From assembly GCA_963752285.1 (NCBI GenBank), contig CAVVXN010000001.1, positions 861,622 through 925,621 of the forward strand: 64,000 nt of DNA, written 5' to 3'. A program made the translations under genes and the position numbers. The stretch is from an uncultured Planctomycetota bacterium. GTDB taxonomy: Bacteria; Planctomycetota; PLA2; JAEUHO01. The notes beneath the pieces are model-generated. The model ran no database searches. It was not told the origin of the DNA and was given only the letters and a program-made list of their open reading frames with translations. Positions 27,603 to 37,654 of this stretch are shown in pieces; the stretch's first letter is position 1, and each line of letters begins with the position of its first letter.

Positions 27603-28571
27603 TCACCGGGCCAGGCGGAGGGACGCCGTTACCGGGTAGTGGTCGGAGAGGCAAACGTCGTGGTCCACCTCGTACGACTCGGGCTCGAAGTGGTGGGTGA
27701 AGAGCACGTAGTCGAGCGTGCGGTTCGGCGCGCCCGTGGGGTACGTGTGAAAGCGCGCGCGGTCCTCGTGCGGGATCGTGCCGAGCCCCGCGCGCTTCAG
27801 GATCCGCAGGGTCTGGTCGCCGCGGTACGACTTCACGTCGCGGTCGCCGTCAGGGAAGTCGCCGTCCTTGCAGCCCGGAGGCACCGTGTTCAGGTCGCCG
27901 AGCAGGAGGACGGGCGCGTCACCGAGGTCGCGGACCGCCTTCGCGATCGCGCGGGCCTGGACCATGCGCGCGCGCGGGTTGTACGCGTGGAGGTGGGTGT
28001 TTCCCACCCAGACGACACGGCCGTCGAAACGGAACGGGGCGAGGGTCAGGCCGCAGGCCGCGAGACCGAACACGCGGCGCGGAAGGAGGTGCCGGACCCT
28101 CTCCCCGTTCGCCGGGGGCAGGTGGGAGAGCAGGAGGTTCTCGTACCGGAAGCCCGCGAAGCCGACGCCGTGGGCCACGGCCGCGGAGAACCCGCTGAAC
28201 ACCCGGTAGTAGGCATGTTGCCCGAAGCGCGCGAAGAGACGCTCTCCGAAGCCCAGGATGCCGTTGAACACCTCCTGGAGAGCGACCACCTCGAACGAGT
28301 CGCGCTCGCGGTTCAGCCACTCGGCGATGTAGTACGCGTAGGCGCGCGCGGCGTGGAGGAGCTGGATCCTCGTCGCCTCGTCCGTTGCGGCCGACCGGAG
28401 GAGGTAGGGGACCATGGGGCCCCGGCCCCGGTGGGTGTTCAAGGTCGCGACCCGGAGCACCGCGCGGTCGGTGCGCCGAGGCCGCCGGCGACCCGCGTCG
28501 AGGACGGCGTCCACCCGGCGGCGCAGGTCCTCGTCGATCGGCGCGTCGGGCGTCGTCGCGGTCCGGGACAT
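27603..28571 (-). CDS. Endonuclease/exonuclease/phosphatase family protein
   Basis: RVATLNTH, VALQEV, NTHL, LLGDLN, TYP...LDYV, SDHYPV. Confidence 0.9.
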   Translation of the reverse strand: MSRTATTPDAPIDEDLRRRVDAVLDAGRRRPRRTDRAVLRVATLNTHRGRGPMVPYLLRSAATDEATRIQLLHAARAYAYYIAEWLNRERDSFEVVALQEVFNGILGFGERLFARFGQHAYYRVFSGFSAAVAHGVGFAGFRYENLLLSHLPPANGERVRHLLPRRVFGLAACGLTLAPFRFDGRVVWVGNTHLHAYNPRARMVQARAIAKAVRDLGDAPVLLLGDLNTVPPGCKDGDFPDGDRDVKSYRGDQTLRILKRAGLGTIPHEDRARFHTYPTGAPNRTLDYVLFTHHFEPESYEVDHDVCLSDHYPVTASLRLAR

Positions 28572-28845
28572 CTTCACCTCGCGCTCGCGGGACGGAGCCC
28601 TCGGGGCACCGGAAACTGCCTTCGGCTCGCGTCTCCTGTACCCGGGACATCGGCCGGCCTCGTCAATCGCGAGCGAGCAGGACGTCAAATGTCCGTGAAG
28701 CAGGGCCCGGAACACCGCTCGGTAAACGAGGCGTAGGGGGCTCGTGAATTTGCCGCGCGGATCCGGGACGCGGCGGACTTCCCTCGACCCGACCCCGGCG
28801 AGAACGGAGCATCGGGCGCCGCCCCTGGGCCCGAGGAGGAGCTTC

Positions 28846-30594
28846 ATGGATCGATCCCGTCTCGGTCGGGTCGTGCTCTCGCTCGCGCTCGCGGCGGCAC
28901 CCGTGTCCCTCGCCGCTGCCGAACCGATCCCCGGAGGTCCAGACGTCGTCGAACCGGCGCCCGCCGACGCGGGCCCGCCCCGTCTCGTCGTGGTCCTCTC
29001 GATCGACCAGCTCCGCGGCGACTACCTGCCCCGATTCCTCCCGCACCTCGGCGCCGGGGGCTTCCGGCGGGTCCTTCGCGAGGGCTTCTCCTACCGCGAC
29101 TGCCGCTACGCGTCGGCGAACACCGAGACGGGGCCCGGCCACGCCTCCCTCCTGACCGGCGCGTACGCGCGGGGCAGCGGGATCGTCCAGAACGACTGGT
29201 TCGACGCGAAGGAAGGACGGGAGGTGTACTGCGTCGCGGACGACGCGGTGAAGGCCCTGACCCCGGCGGGGGCGCGCGCGGGGGGCGGCCGGTCTCCGCG
29301 CCGGCTCCTCGCCGCCACGGTCGGGGACGCCCTCGAGGTCGCCACGAACGGGGCGTCGAAGACGCTCAGTGTCTCGCTGAAGGACCGCGCGGCGATTCTG
29401 ATGGGGGGGCACGCGGCGGACCTTGCGCTGTGGTTCGACCCGGCCAGCGGCGACTTCGTCAGCAGCACGTGGTACGGCGACCGCCTCCCGGGATGGGTCG
29501 TGCGGCTGGACGGCCCGGACGGCGACGCGCCCCGGCTTGTCGATCGCTGGTTCCGGACCGCGTGGACGCCCTCGCTCCCCGACGCCGCATACGCGCGGTG
29601 CTGTACCTCCGACGACTACCGCGGCGAGTCCGCGGGGCCCTTCGAGACGAACGCGTTCCCGCACGTCCTCGGCGGGAACAGCGAGGGCGACGGGCCCGAC
29701 CGGCGCTACTACGAGTGCCTCTTCGCCTCGCCCTTCGGGAACGACCTGCTCGTGGACCTCGTCGCGCGGGCGCTCCCCGACATGGGACTCGGGAAGGACG
29801 ACGTTCCGGACCTCCTGACGATCGGCTTCTCCGCGAACGACCCGATCGGCCACGCCTTCGGCCCCGACTCGTGGGAGGTGATGGACGCGACGATCAAGAC
29901 CGACGCGACCCTCGCCCGGCTCCTCGACCTCCTCGATCACGAGGTGGGGGCGGGGCGGTGGACGATCTTCGTGACGGCCGACCACGGGGTCGCGGACCTG
30001 CCCGAGGTGCGCGAGGACCACCACCTCCCGTCGGGGCGCGTGTCCCCGAAGGCGCTCACCGCGGGGCTCGAACGGCACCTGGCAAAGCGGTTCGGGCCCG
30101 CGCTCGGGAAGGGTCGGTACGTCGCGAGCCTCGACCGGCCGTGGGTGACGCTCGCGCCCGACGCGATCCCCTTCGACGACCCCGGCCTTCGCGCGCGGCT
30201 CGCCGACGCCGCCGCGCGGTGGCTGGCGGACCAGCCCGGCGTCCTTTGGGCGATCCCGACGCGGGCCCTCGATCGCGCGTCGGCCTCCGCCCCGGACGCG
30301 CCTCTCCTCCGCGCGCTCCGGCTCTGCGTTTACCCGGGTCGCTCGGGCGACGTCGCCCTCGTGCTCGAGCCGGGCTACCTCCTGGCCGAGGGCCGGGTCG
30401 GGACGACGCACGGGACGCCGCACCGTTACGACCAGATGGTCCCGCTCCTCGCCATGGGCCGGGGGATCCGGCACGGCACGAGCGCGCGCCCGGTCGAGCC
30501 GCCGCAGATCGCGCCCACCGTGGCGGCGCTCCTCGGCCTGGTCCCCCCCGACCTCTCCGAGGTCTTGCCCCTCGACGAGGCTCTCGGGCCCTGA
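28846..30594 (+). CDS. Alkaline phosphatase family protein, PafA/SPAP type (Thr nucleophile)
   Basis: Signal peptide; SIDQLRGD, TETGPGHA, SLKDRAAI..GGH, D.IGH.FGP.S, TADHG, GTTHGTP..YD. Confidence 0.9.
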   Translation: MDRSRLGRVVLSLALAAAPVSLAAAEPIPGGPDVVEPAPADAGPPRLVVVLSIDQLRGDYLPRFLPHLGAGGFRRVLREGFSYRDCRYASANTETGPGHASLLTGAYARGSGIVQNDWFDAKEGREVYCVADDAVKALTPAGARAGGGRSPRRLLAATVGDALEVATNGASKTLSVSLKDRAAILMGGHAADLALWFDPASGDFVSSTWYGDRLPGWVVRLDGPDGDAPRLVDRWFRTAWTPSLPDAAYARCCTSDDYRGESAGPFETNAFPHVLGGNSEGDGPDRRYYECLFASPFGNDLLVDLVARALPDMGLGKDDVPDLLTIGFSANDPIGHAFGPDSWEVMDATIKTDATLARLLDLLDHEVGAGRWTIFVTADHGVADLPEVREDHHLPSGRVSPKALTAGLERHLAKRFGPALGKGRYVASLDRPWVTLAPDAIPFDDPGLRARLADAAARWLADQPGVLWAIPTRALDRASASAPDAPLLRALRLCVYPGRSGDVALVLEPGYLLAEGRVGTTHGTPHRYDQMVPLLAMGRGIRHGTSARPVEPPQIAPTVAALLGLVPPDLSEVLPLDEALGP

Positions 30595-30811
30595 GGACCG
30601 GGTCGAAGGCCGCCCGCCCGGGCCTCCGGAAGCGGCGCGCCGAAGCCGCGGCGCCCCGGGTCGCGGTTCCGGTCCCGGCGGCCCGGCGGGCGCCGGGGCG
30701 GGCGGGTGGCTCGGGACGAGGCCTTCGACTGCCTCCGCCGGCCCCGCTCTTGCAGCGGACATCCCATGCTCTACAACCGTCCCCTGAGCGCTTCGCGAAC
30801 CGGGAGGTGAC

Positions 30812-31915
30812 ATGGCGAGCATGAACGACCTTTCCGACCTCGGCCAGTCGGTGTGGCTCGACTACATCCGTCGGGACATGGTGCGGAGCGGCGAGCTGGA
30901 AGGGATGATCGCGAACGGTCTCCGCGGCCTCACGAGCAACCCCTCGATCTTCCAGAAGGCGATCTCGACCGGCGAGGAGTACGACGAGGACCTCCACGCG
31001 TTCCTCCAGGCGCATCCCGACTGCGACGTCCAGGCTCTCTTCGAGTCGGTCGCGCTCGAGGACATCCGCGAGGCGTGCGACCGGTTCCTGCCCGTCCACG
31101 ACGGCACGGGTGGCCGCGACGGGTTCGTGAGCCTCGAGGTCTCGCCCCACCTCGCCGACGACACGGAGCGGACGCTGACCGAGGCGCGGCGCCTCTGGGC
31201 CGCCGTCGCGCGCCCGAACCTGATGATCAAGGTGCCGTCCACGCCCGCCGGGATCCCGGCCATCCAGCAGCTCCTCTCGGAGGGCGTGAACGTGAACATC
31301 ACGCTGATGTTCTCGCTCGCGCACTACGAGGCGGTCGCGAACGCGTTCCTCGCCGGGATCCGCGCGTGTCGGCACCCGGAACGGCTGGCCTCGGTCGCGT
31401 CGTTCTTCGTGAGCCGCGTGGACACGAAGGTGGACAAACGGCTCGACGCGATGGGGACGGCCGAGGCCCGGGCGCTTCGTGGCCGGGCCGCGGTGGCGAA
31501 CGCGAAGCTCGCGTACGCCAGGTACCGCGAGGTGTTCCACGGCGAGGCCTTCCGGGAGCTCGAGGAGAACGGCGTCCAGCCGCAGCGCGTCCTGTTCGGG
31601 AGCACCAGCACGAAGGACCCCGCGTACTCCGACGTGAAGTACGTGGAGGAGCTGATCGGGCCCGAGACCGTCAACACGCTCCCGCTCGAGACGATCGAGG
31701 CTTTCGAGGACCACGGCGAGGCCCGCGAGTCCCTGACGGAGGACCTCGGCGACGCCCGTCGGGTGAGGGACGAGCTGGCCGGGCTCGGGATCGACCTGCT
31801 GCAGGTCGGGGAGGAGCTGCAGCGCGAGGGGGTGAAGAAGTTCGCCGACGCGTACGACGACCTGATGAAGACCCTCGAGGGCCGTCGGAGCGAGCTCACG
31901 GCGCGCTCGGGGTAG
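30812..31915 (+). CDS. tal: Transaldolase (long type)
   Basis: GQSVWLDYI, GLTSNPSIF, VSLEVSP, NLMIKVP (Schiff-base Lys), NITLMFS, VASFFVSRVD. Confidence 0.95.
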   Translation: MASMNDLSDLGQSVWLDYIRRDMVRSGELEGMIANGLRGLTSNPSIFQKAISTGEEYDEDLHAFLQAHPDCDVQALFESVALEDIREACDRFLPVHDGTGGRDGFVSLEVSPHLADDTERTLTEARRLWAAVARPNLMIKVPSTPAGIPAIQQLLSEGVNVNITLMFSLAHYEAVANAFLAGIRACRHPERLASVASFFVSRVDTKVDKRLDAMGTAEARALRGRAAVANAKLAYARYREVFHGEAFRELEENGVQPQRVLFGSTSTKDPAYSDVKYVEELIGPETVNTLPLETIEAFEDHGEARESLTEDLGDARRVRDELAGLGIDLLQVGEELQREGVKKFADAYDDLMKTLEGRRSELTARSG

Positions 31916-31922
31916 GGTTCGG

Positions 31923-32027
31923 ATGGCTCCGTCGAAGAAGCTCCGGGCGTACGGGAAGAAGCGCGACTTCCGGGGCACGCCGGAGCCTCGCGGCGGCGGG
32001 ACGCGGGGCGGGGGGGCCGGACGGTGA
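31923..32027 (+). pseudogene. 34-aa remnant of a LigD 3'-phosphoesterase N-terminus (or frameshifted N-terminal extension of the downstream polymerase)
   Basis: MAPSKKLRAYGKKRDFRGTPEPRG matches the L..Y..KRDF..TPEP start of LigD PE modules; the stop overlaps the ligD GTG (GTGA); G7 run at 32010-32016. Confidence 0.7.
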
Positions 32028-32941
32028 CCCGCGTGCGCGTCGGTCGCCGCTCGCTCGACCTCTCGCACGATGACAAGCTGCTCTTCGGGGCGGGAGGACC
32101 GACGAAGGGCGAGCTGGTCGAGTACTACCACCGCGTCGCCGAGGTGATGCTCCCGCACCTCGCGGACCGTCCCCTCGCGCTCCAGCGCTTCCCGGACGGG
32201 ATCGAGGAGGACGGGTTCTTCCAGAAGGCGGTGCCCGACTCCTTCCCCGAGTGGGTGGACCGCGCCCGTGTGGACACCGCGAAGGGCGCCCAGACGCTCG
32301 TCGTCTGCAGCGACGTGGCGACGCTCGTGTTCCTCGCCGACCAGGCGGCGATCACGCTGCACGGATGGCTCTCGCGCCGCGACAAGCTCCGTCACCCCGA
32401 CCGACTCGTGTTCGACCTGGACCCGCCGAGCGACGACTTCGAGTCCGTGCGCGCGGCCGCGCGCTACGTCCACGAGCTGTTGGACGAGCTGGGGCTCGTC
32501 GCGTACGTCCAGACCACGGGCTCGCGCGGCCTCCACGTCGTCGTACCGCTCGACCGGAGCGCGACCTACGACGACGCCCGGGACTTCGCCCGCGACGTGG
32601 CCGACCTCCTCGTCGGGCGCCACCCGCAGGAGCTCACCACCGAGCAGAGGAAGGCGAAGCGCCGCTCGCGCCTCTACCTCGACGTGATGCGAAACGCGTA
32701 CGGGCAGACGGCCGTCGCGCCGTACAGCGTGCGTCCGAAGTCCGGCGCGCCGGTCGCGACGCCACTCGAGTGGGACGAGCTCGGCTCGAGGGACCTCGGA
32801 CCGCGCGCGTACACGATCCAGAACCTCTTCCGGCGGCTCGCGCAGCGAGGCGACCCCTGGAAGGGCTTCGGCCGGCGTGCGCACGCGCTCCGCGAGCCCC
32901 GCGCCCGCCTCGACCGCCTCCGCGCGGAACGCGACCGCTGA
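32024..32941 (+). CDS. ligD: LigD polymerase/primase-like domain protein (stand-alone)
   Basis: TKGELVEYY, RFPDGI...FFQK, PDRLVFDLDP, TTGSRGLHV, YLDVMRNAYGQT.VAPYSVR, VATPLEWDEL. Confidence 0.92.
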   Translation: MTRVRVGRRSLDLSHDDKLLFGAGGPTKGELVEYYHRVAEVMLPHLADRPLALQRFPDGIEEDGFFQKAVPDSFPEWVDRARVDTAKGAQTLVVCSDVATLVFLADQAAITLHGWLSRRDKLRHPDRLVFDLDPPSDDFESVRAAARYVHELLDELGLVAYVQTTGSRGLHVVVPLDRSATYDDARDFARDVADLLVGRHPQELTTEQRKAKRRSRLYLDVMRNAYGQTAVAPYSVRPKSGAPVATPLEWDELGSRDLGPRAYTIQNLFRRLAQRGDPWKGFGRRAHALREPRARLDRLRAERDR

Positions 32942-32978
32942 GGTCGGACCCCCGAGGTCTCCCGCCGCCCCGCGCGCT

Positions 32979-35900
32979 TCAGCGGCCGGCCTTCGCAGGC
33001 GCGGACGCCGCCTCCGAGCGGAGCGCCGCGAGCGACGGATCGGGCCCGAGCGACGCCAGGATCGAGTCGAGACGCGCGAGGTCCACACGCGACGCCTCCG
33101 CGTCGCCTTCGGCGGCGTGCACCAGGGCCAGGAACCCGTAGTCGATCGCCAGCAGGTCCGGTCGCTCGCTCCCGTGCACGGCGACCGCCTCGGTCAGAGC
33201 CTTCTCGGCGCGCTCGACCTCTCCCGTTCGGTACCACGAGGCCCCCACGAGGGTCAGCGCCTCCTCGTCCTGGAGGTCGCGGTGCCGCGCCGCGCGGAGC
33301 CGACCCTCCGACAAGGCCCGCGCGACCTGTTCTGCGTCGGGACGGGCCTGTGGGAGGAGCACCGTTCGAAGGACGCGACGCCCGATCTCCTCCGGTTCGC
33401 CGCGGAGGGCGTGAAGCCGCCGGAGCGCCGCCTCCCGGACCGCCGGGTCCGTCGCCTCGCGCGTCACGCGAACGATCGCCTCGTCCACGTCGTCCGACCC
33501 GGCGAGCGCGCTCGCGACGAGCGCGCCGACGCCCTCTCTCGCCTCGGCCTCGGCGGGCGACGGCTCGACGTCGTCCTGGGGGGCGACCGTGCGCCAGAGC
33601 CGTACGGTCGCGTCGCCGCCGCACGACACCAGCGTCGCGCCGTCCGGCGTGAACGCGACGCCGTCCACCCAGGACGCGTGCCCCCGCAGCACGGCGACCT
33701 CGCGCCCGGTGGTGGTGTCCCACAGCCGCACGCTCCCGTCGCGGCCGCCGGTCGCGATCCGGTCTCCGTCCGGGCTGAACGCGACGCACGTGAGCGCGTC
33801 CGTGTGGGCCCCGAGATCGGGGTCGGGCTGGCCGAACGTCGCCAGCGCGCGGCCCGACCGCGGATCCCAGAGACGAATCGTCTGGTCGAGCCCCACGCTC
33901 GCGAGACGCCGTCCGTCCCGCGAGAACGCGAGCGCCATGCACACGTCGTCGTGGCGGCCGAGGAGACGCGCGGCGCCGCCGGTCTCTGCGGGGGCCACGT
34001 GGACGCCGCCCGCGTCGTCGCCCCACGCCACGAGGCCGGCCGCGCGACTCCACGTGACGCCGCGCGCGGGGTCCGCGCCCCGCGGCGCGAGGTCCGCGAC
34101 GCGCTCGCCGGTCCGCGCGTCCCACGCCGTGACGGCGCCGTCGAGACCCGACGACACGAGGAGGCGGTCCTCGTCGGCGTAGGTCACGCCGCTCACGAGG
34201 TCCTCGTGCGCGCGGAGGCGCAGGCGGACCGTCCCCGTCCCGACGTCCCACACGCAGACGTCGCCGCTCGACTCGCCGGCCACGACCTCGTCGCCGCGCG
34301 CGTTGGTCGCGAGGGACAGGACGTCGCCGTGCGACCCGATCCAGGTTCGGACGGTCCCGCCGGTGGCGGCGTCCCACAGACGCAGCACGCCGCCGATGCC
34401 TCCCGAGACGAGCCACGTCCCATCGGGGCTCGCACAGACGGCGTTCACGTCGTCCACGTGGCCCACGAGCACGCCGGGATTCCACCCGCCTTCGAGCCGC
34501 CAGGCCTTCACGGTCCCCGCCCACGACGCCGTGACGAGATGTCGTCCGTCCGGCGCCACCGCGAGGCGGGAGATCACGCGACCGTGAGACCGGCGCGGCC
34601 CGATGCGGGTGCCGGTCTTCGGGTCCCAGACCTGGATCTCCGCGCCCTCGGCGGTCACGACGCGCCGGCCGTCCGGCGAGGCCGACAGCCCGTAGACGGC
34701 GGAGCCGTGGGGCAGGACGCGCACCACCGCGCCGGTCCCTGCATCCCAGACCTTCACGTCGCCCTCCGCGGAGCTCGTGGAGAGGCGCCCCTCGCCGAGG
34801 AACGCGACGGCCTGCACCGCGCGGCGGCTCGCGCGCACGGCCCAGAGCGTCTTCGTGCTCGCGACGTCCCACGTGCGGAGCGTGCCGTCCCACGCCGTCG
34901 CGGCGAGGCGGCGCCCGTCCGGAGACCAGGCGAGGTCCTGCACACGGCTCGGCACCGGGAGCTCGGAGGTTCGCGCCCCCGTGCGGGCGTCGAAGAGGAG
35001 GACGCCGGGCGGCGCGCCCCCGACGGCGATCCGCGCGCCGGCGGGGTCGAACGCGACGACGCGCGCGAGGTCCGGGATCGAGATCCGGAGCACCCGGTCT
35101 CGGGCGGGCCAGCGGTACACCGAGAGCTCCGGCCCCACGGCCACGGCCAGACGGTCGCCGCCCGGGCTCCACGCCACCGAGGACGCCTGCTGGTCGAGGG
35201 GGAAGCGCGCCAGCTCCTCGCCGCCGGGGAGGGCGAGTACCAGCACGGCCTCGGGGACCGACACGACGAGCGCGGAGCCGTCGGGCCGGTACGCGAGCGC
35301 GTTCACCGCGCCCTTCAGGCTCGCGAGCGTGCGGTCGAAGGGCTCGAGACGCGCGGAGAGGTGTCGCCACTCGAAGCGACGGTACTCCGTCGGGGCGCGC
35401 TCCAGGAAGCGGCGCGCGGCGGGCAGGTCGCCGTCCCGGAGCGCCGTCTCGGCGGCGGCGACACTGGCCACGTAGTGGGAGAGGCGCGCCTCCTGCTCCT
35501 TCTCCGCGAGGCTCCTCACGTGGAACACGACGCCGGCGGCCGCGAGCAGGAGCGCGAGCGCGGCGCCGGCGAAGAGCCCACGGTGCCGGCGCATCGCCAC
35601 GCAGAGCAGGTAGCCCGCCGTCAACGTTCGGGCGGCAATCGGCCGGCCGTGGAGGAACGCGCCGAGGTCGGCGGCGAACGCGTCGGCGGTGGGATAGCGC
35701 GCGCGCGGGTCCGGCGCCATCGCCTTCAGGACGACCCGTTCCAGATCCACGGGGATCGTACGGTCCGTCGCGCGCGGTCGCGGGACCGACGCGACGGCGC
35801 GCGGGTCGCCCGCTCCGAACGCGGGCGCGAGGGTCAGGAGCTCGTACAGCGTCACACCGAGGCCGTACACGTCGCCTCGCGCGTCCACCTCGCCGTGGAA

Positions 35901-36845
35901 CCGTTCCGGCGGGATGTAGCGGAGCGTCCCGACCACGTCCTTCGACCGCGTGAGGGCGTCCGAGCCCTCGGCCTTGCACAGCCCGAAGTCGGTGATCCAC
36001 ACGCGGCCGTGCGCGTCGAGCAGGAGGTTCGACGGCTTGACGTCGCGGTGGAGCACGCCGTGCGCGTGCGCGTGGGCGAGCGCCTCGGCGGCCATGAGCC
36101 CGATCCGCGCGACGTTCGCGTGCCAGGGCGAGGCGCCGCGGCGTCGGGCATACCGCCGTGGCCGGCGGGGCGGCCCGGCCGCCGGGACCGTGGCCGCCGC
36201 TCCGCTGCTCGACCCGGGGAGCGGCGCGGCCAGGAGCCGCTCGGCCTCGGCGCCCGTCCCGCCTGGCCCCTCGGCGCCGGCCGTCGTCAGGTCGGACCGC
36301 GCGTCGCGCAACCGACGCACGTGCTCCCGGAGCGCGTCGAGGCCGTGGCCCTCGATGAACTGCATCGCGTAGTAGTGGATCCCCGCCTCCTCGCCGAGCC
36401 CGATCACGGGGACGATGTGCGGGTGCTCGAGACGGGCCGCGGCGTGGGCCTCGAGGCGGAAACGCTCGAGGGAACGGGTGTCCGGGTGCCAGTCGGGCGG
36501 GAGGACCTTCAGGGCCACGCGCCGGCCGAGCGTCTCCTGCACGGCCTCGTACACGATGCCCATCCCGCCGCGTCCGACCTCGCGTACGAGGCGGTAGTCG
36601 CCGAGACGCGCGGGCACCGACAGGGGCGCGGGGCCCGGGCCCCGCGTCCCCGCCGGACCGCCGGGCGCGGGCTTCAGTCCCTCCAGGACGGACAGGAGGG
36701 GAAACACGTCCCGGATCGGGCCGGCGAGGTCCGGGTGCCGTTCGACGTACTCCTCGATCGTCGGCCGCTCCCCGCGACGCTCCCGCGCGACGTACTCCTC
36801 GGCCAGGCGATCGACCTCGGGCGGGAGCTCCGGCGCCGACGTCAC
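32979..36845 (-). CDS. Ser/Thr protein kinase with TM segment, about two WD40 propellers and a C-terminal TPR-like region
   Basis: GRGGMG.VY, VALK, HRDVKPSN, TDFGL, GTLRYIPPE; many GH...V..FSPDG...WD repeats; GTGA coupling to the sigma gene. Confidence 0.93.
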   Translation of the reverse strand: MTSAPELPPEVDRLAEEYVARERRGERPTIEEYVERHPDLAGPIRDVFPLLSVLEGLKPAPGGPAGTRGPGPAPLSVPARLGDYRLVREVGRGGMGIVYEAVQETLGRRVALKVLPPDWHPDTRSLERFRLEAHAAARLEHPHIVPVIGLGEEAGIHYYAMQFIEGHGLDALREHVRRLRDARSDLTTAGAEGPGGTGAEAERLLAAPLPGSSSGAAATVPAAGPPRRPRRYARRRGASPWHANVARIGLMAAEALAHAHAHGVLHRDVKPSNLLLDAHGRVWITDFGLCKAEGSDALTRSKDVVGTLRYIPPERFHGEVDARGDVYGLGVTLYELLTLAPAFGAGDPRAVASVPRPRATDRTIPVDLERVVLKAMAPDPRARYPTADAFAADLGAFLHGRPIAARTLTAGYLLCVAMRRHRGLFAGAALALLLAAAGVVFHVRSLAEKEQEARLSHYVASVAAAETALRDGDLPAARRFLERAPTEYRRFEWRHLSARLEPFDRTLASLKGAVNALAYRPDGSALVVSVPEAVLVLALPGGEELARFPLDQQASSVAWSPGGDRLAVAVGPELSVYRWPARDRVLRISIPDLARVVAFDPAGARIAVGGAPPGVLLFDARTGARTSELPVPSRVQDLAWSPDGRRLAATAWDGTLRTWDVASTKTLWAVRASRRAVQAVAFLGEGRLSTSSAEGDVKVWDAGTGAVVRVLPHGSAVYGLSASPDGRRVVTAEGAEIQVWDPKTGTRIGPRRSHGRVISRLAVAPDGRHLVTASWAGTVKAWRLEGGWNPGVLVGHVDDVNAVCASPDGTWLVSGGIGGVLRLWDAATGGTVRTWIGSHGDVLSLATNARGDEVVAGESSGDVCVWDVGTGTVRLRLRAHEDLVSGVTYADEDRLLVSSGLDGAVTAWDARTGERVADLAPRGADPARGVTWSRAAGLVAWGDDAGGVHVAPAETGGAARLLGRHDDVCMALAFSRDGRRLASVGLDQTIRLWDPRSGRALATFGQPDPDLGAHTDALTCVAFSPDGDRIATGGRDGSVRLWDTTTGREVAVLRGHASWVDGVAFTPDGATLVSCGGDATVRLWRTVAPQDDVEPSPAEAEAREGVGALVASALAGSDDVDEAIVRVTREATDPAVREAALRRLHALRGEPEEIGRRVLRTVLLPQARPDAEQVARALSEGRLRAARHRDLQDEEALTLVGASWYRTGEVERAEKALTEAVAVHGSERPDLLAIDYGFLALVHAAEGDAEASRVDLARLDSILASLGPDPSLAALRSEAASAPAKAGR

Positions 36846-37486
36846 GACGAGCGGTCCTCGCCGCGCCGCCCTTCGAGGATCTCGCGGAGCCGCTGCAGCG
36901 CGCGGAGGTACCGCTTGCTCGCGGCCGACTCCGCGATGCCGAGCTCGGCCGCGGCCTCGACGTTCGTGAGCTCCTCGAAGTGGCGCAGCACGAGCACCTC
37001 GCGGTCTCCGGGACGCATGGTGTCGAGCGCGTCGAGCAGCTCGCGTTGCGTCTCGCTCCGGATCGCGCCGTAGCTCGGGGTGGTCTCGTCTCGCGCGAGC
37101 TCCCGGACGAGCACCGCCGAGGCGACATCGGGGAAGTCCGCCCTCGTGAAGAGCGGGACCTGGCGTCTCACGTCGCGGCGCTTGGCGCCGAGGTGGCGCC
37201 GATGGACCGTGACCAGTCGCTGGGCGGCGAGGAACCGGAGCCAGAGGAAGAACGGGACCCGGGGCTCCTCGAGGTACGAGCCGATGCGCTCGAGCGCCTC
37301 GACCCACGTCTCCTGGAGGACGTCCGAGGCGTCCACGCGGGTCCTGAGCCTCGGGTCCATCCGGAGCTCGAGCATCCGAATCAGCCGCGCGCGGTGCGTC
37401 CGGAACAGCGCCTCGAGGGCCTGGTCGCGTCGCGCGCCCGGCTTCCGGAGCGACGCGACCAACCGCGACTGGGAACCCTCGTCCAC
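36842..37486 (-). CDS. ECF RNA polymerase sigma factor, planctomycete kinase-associated type
   Basis: LRMDPRLRTRVDASDVLQE, FFLWLR, HRRHLGAKRRD, DREVLVLRHFEELTN.EAA..LGI; AAGGAGG RBS. Confidence 0.92.
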   Translation of the reverse strand: MDEGSQSRLVASLRKPGARRDQALEALFRTHRARLIRMLELRMDPRLRTRVDASDVLQETWVEALERIGSYLEEPRVPFFLWLRFLAAQRLVTVHRRHLGAKRRDVRRQVPLFTRADFPDVASAVLVRELARDETTPSYGAIRSETQRELLDALDTMRPGDREVLVLRHFEELTNVEAAAELGIAESAASKRYLRALQRLREILEGRRGEDRSS

Positions 37487-37654
37487 GGGCGGCCTCCTTC
37501 GGGAGGTCGAGGATACCCCGCGACGCGTTCGCCGGCCGGACGGCGCCGGCGCGGCACCCACGTGCCGACGGGCGGGATCTCTGCCCCGTCTTGACGCGGA
37601 GCTTCGTCGCGCCGCCTCCACGGGGTGCCAGCATCGAGTCGGAGGAGCGAGACG

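Noticed and set aside
33590..35340. Regularly spaced repeats (CRISPR-like periodicity)
   Set aside because: These are degenerate in-frame WD40 coding repeats; no identical direct repeats with spacers and no cas genes in the window
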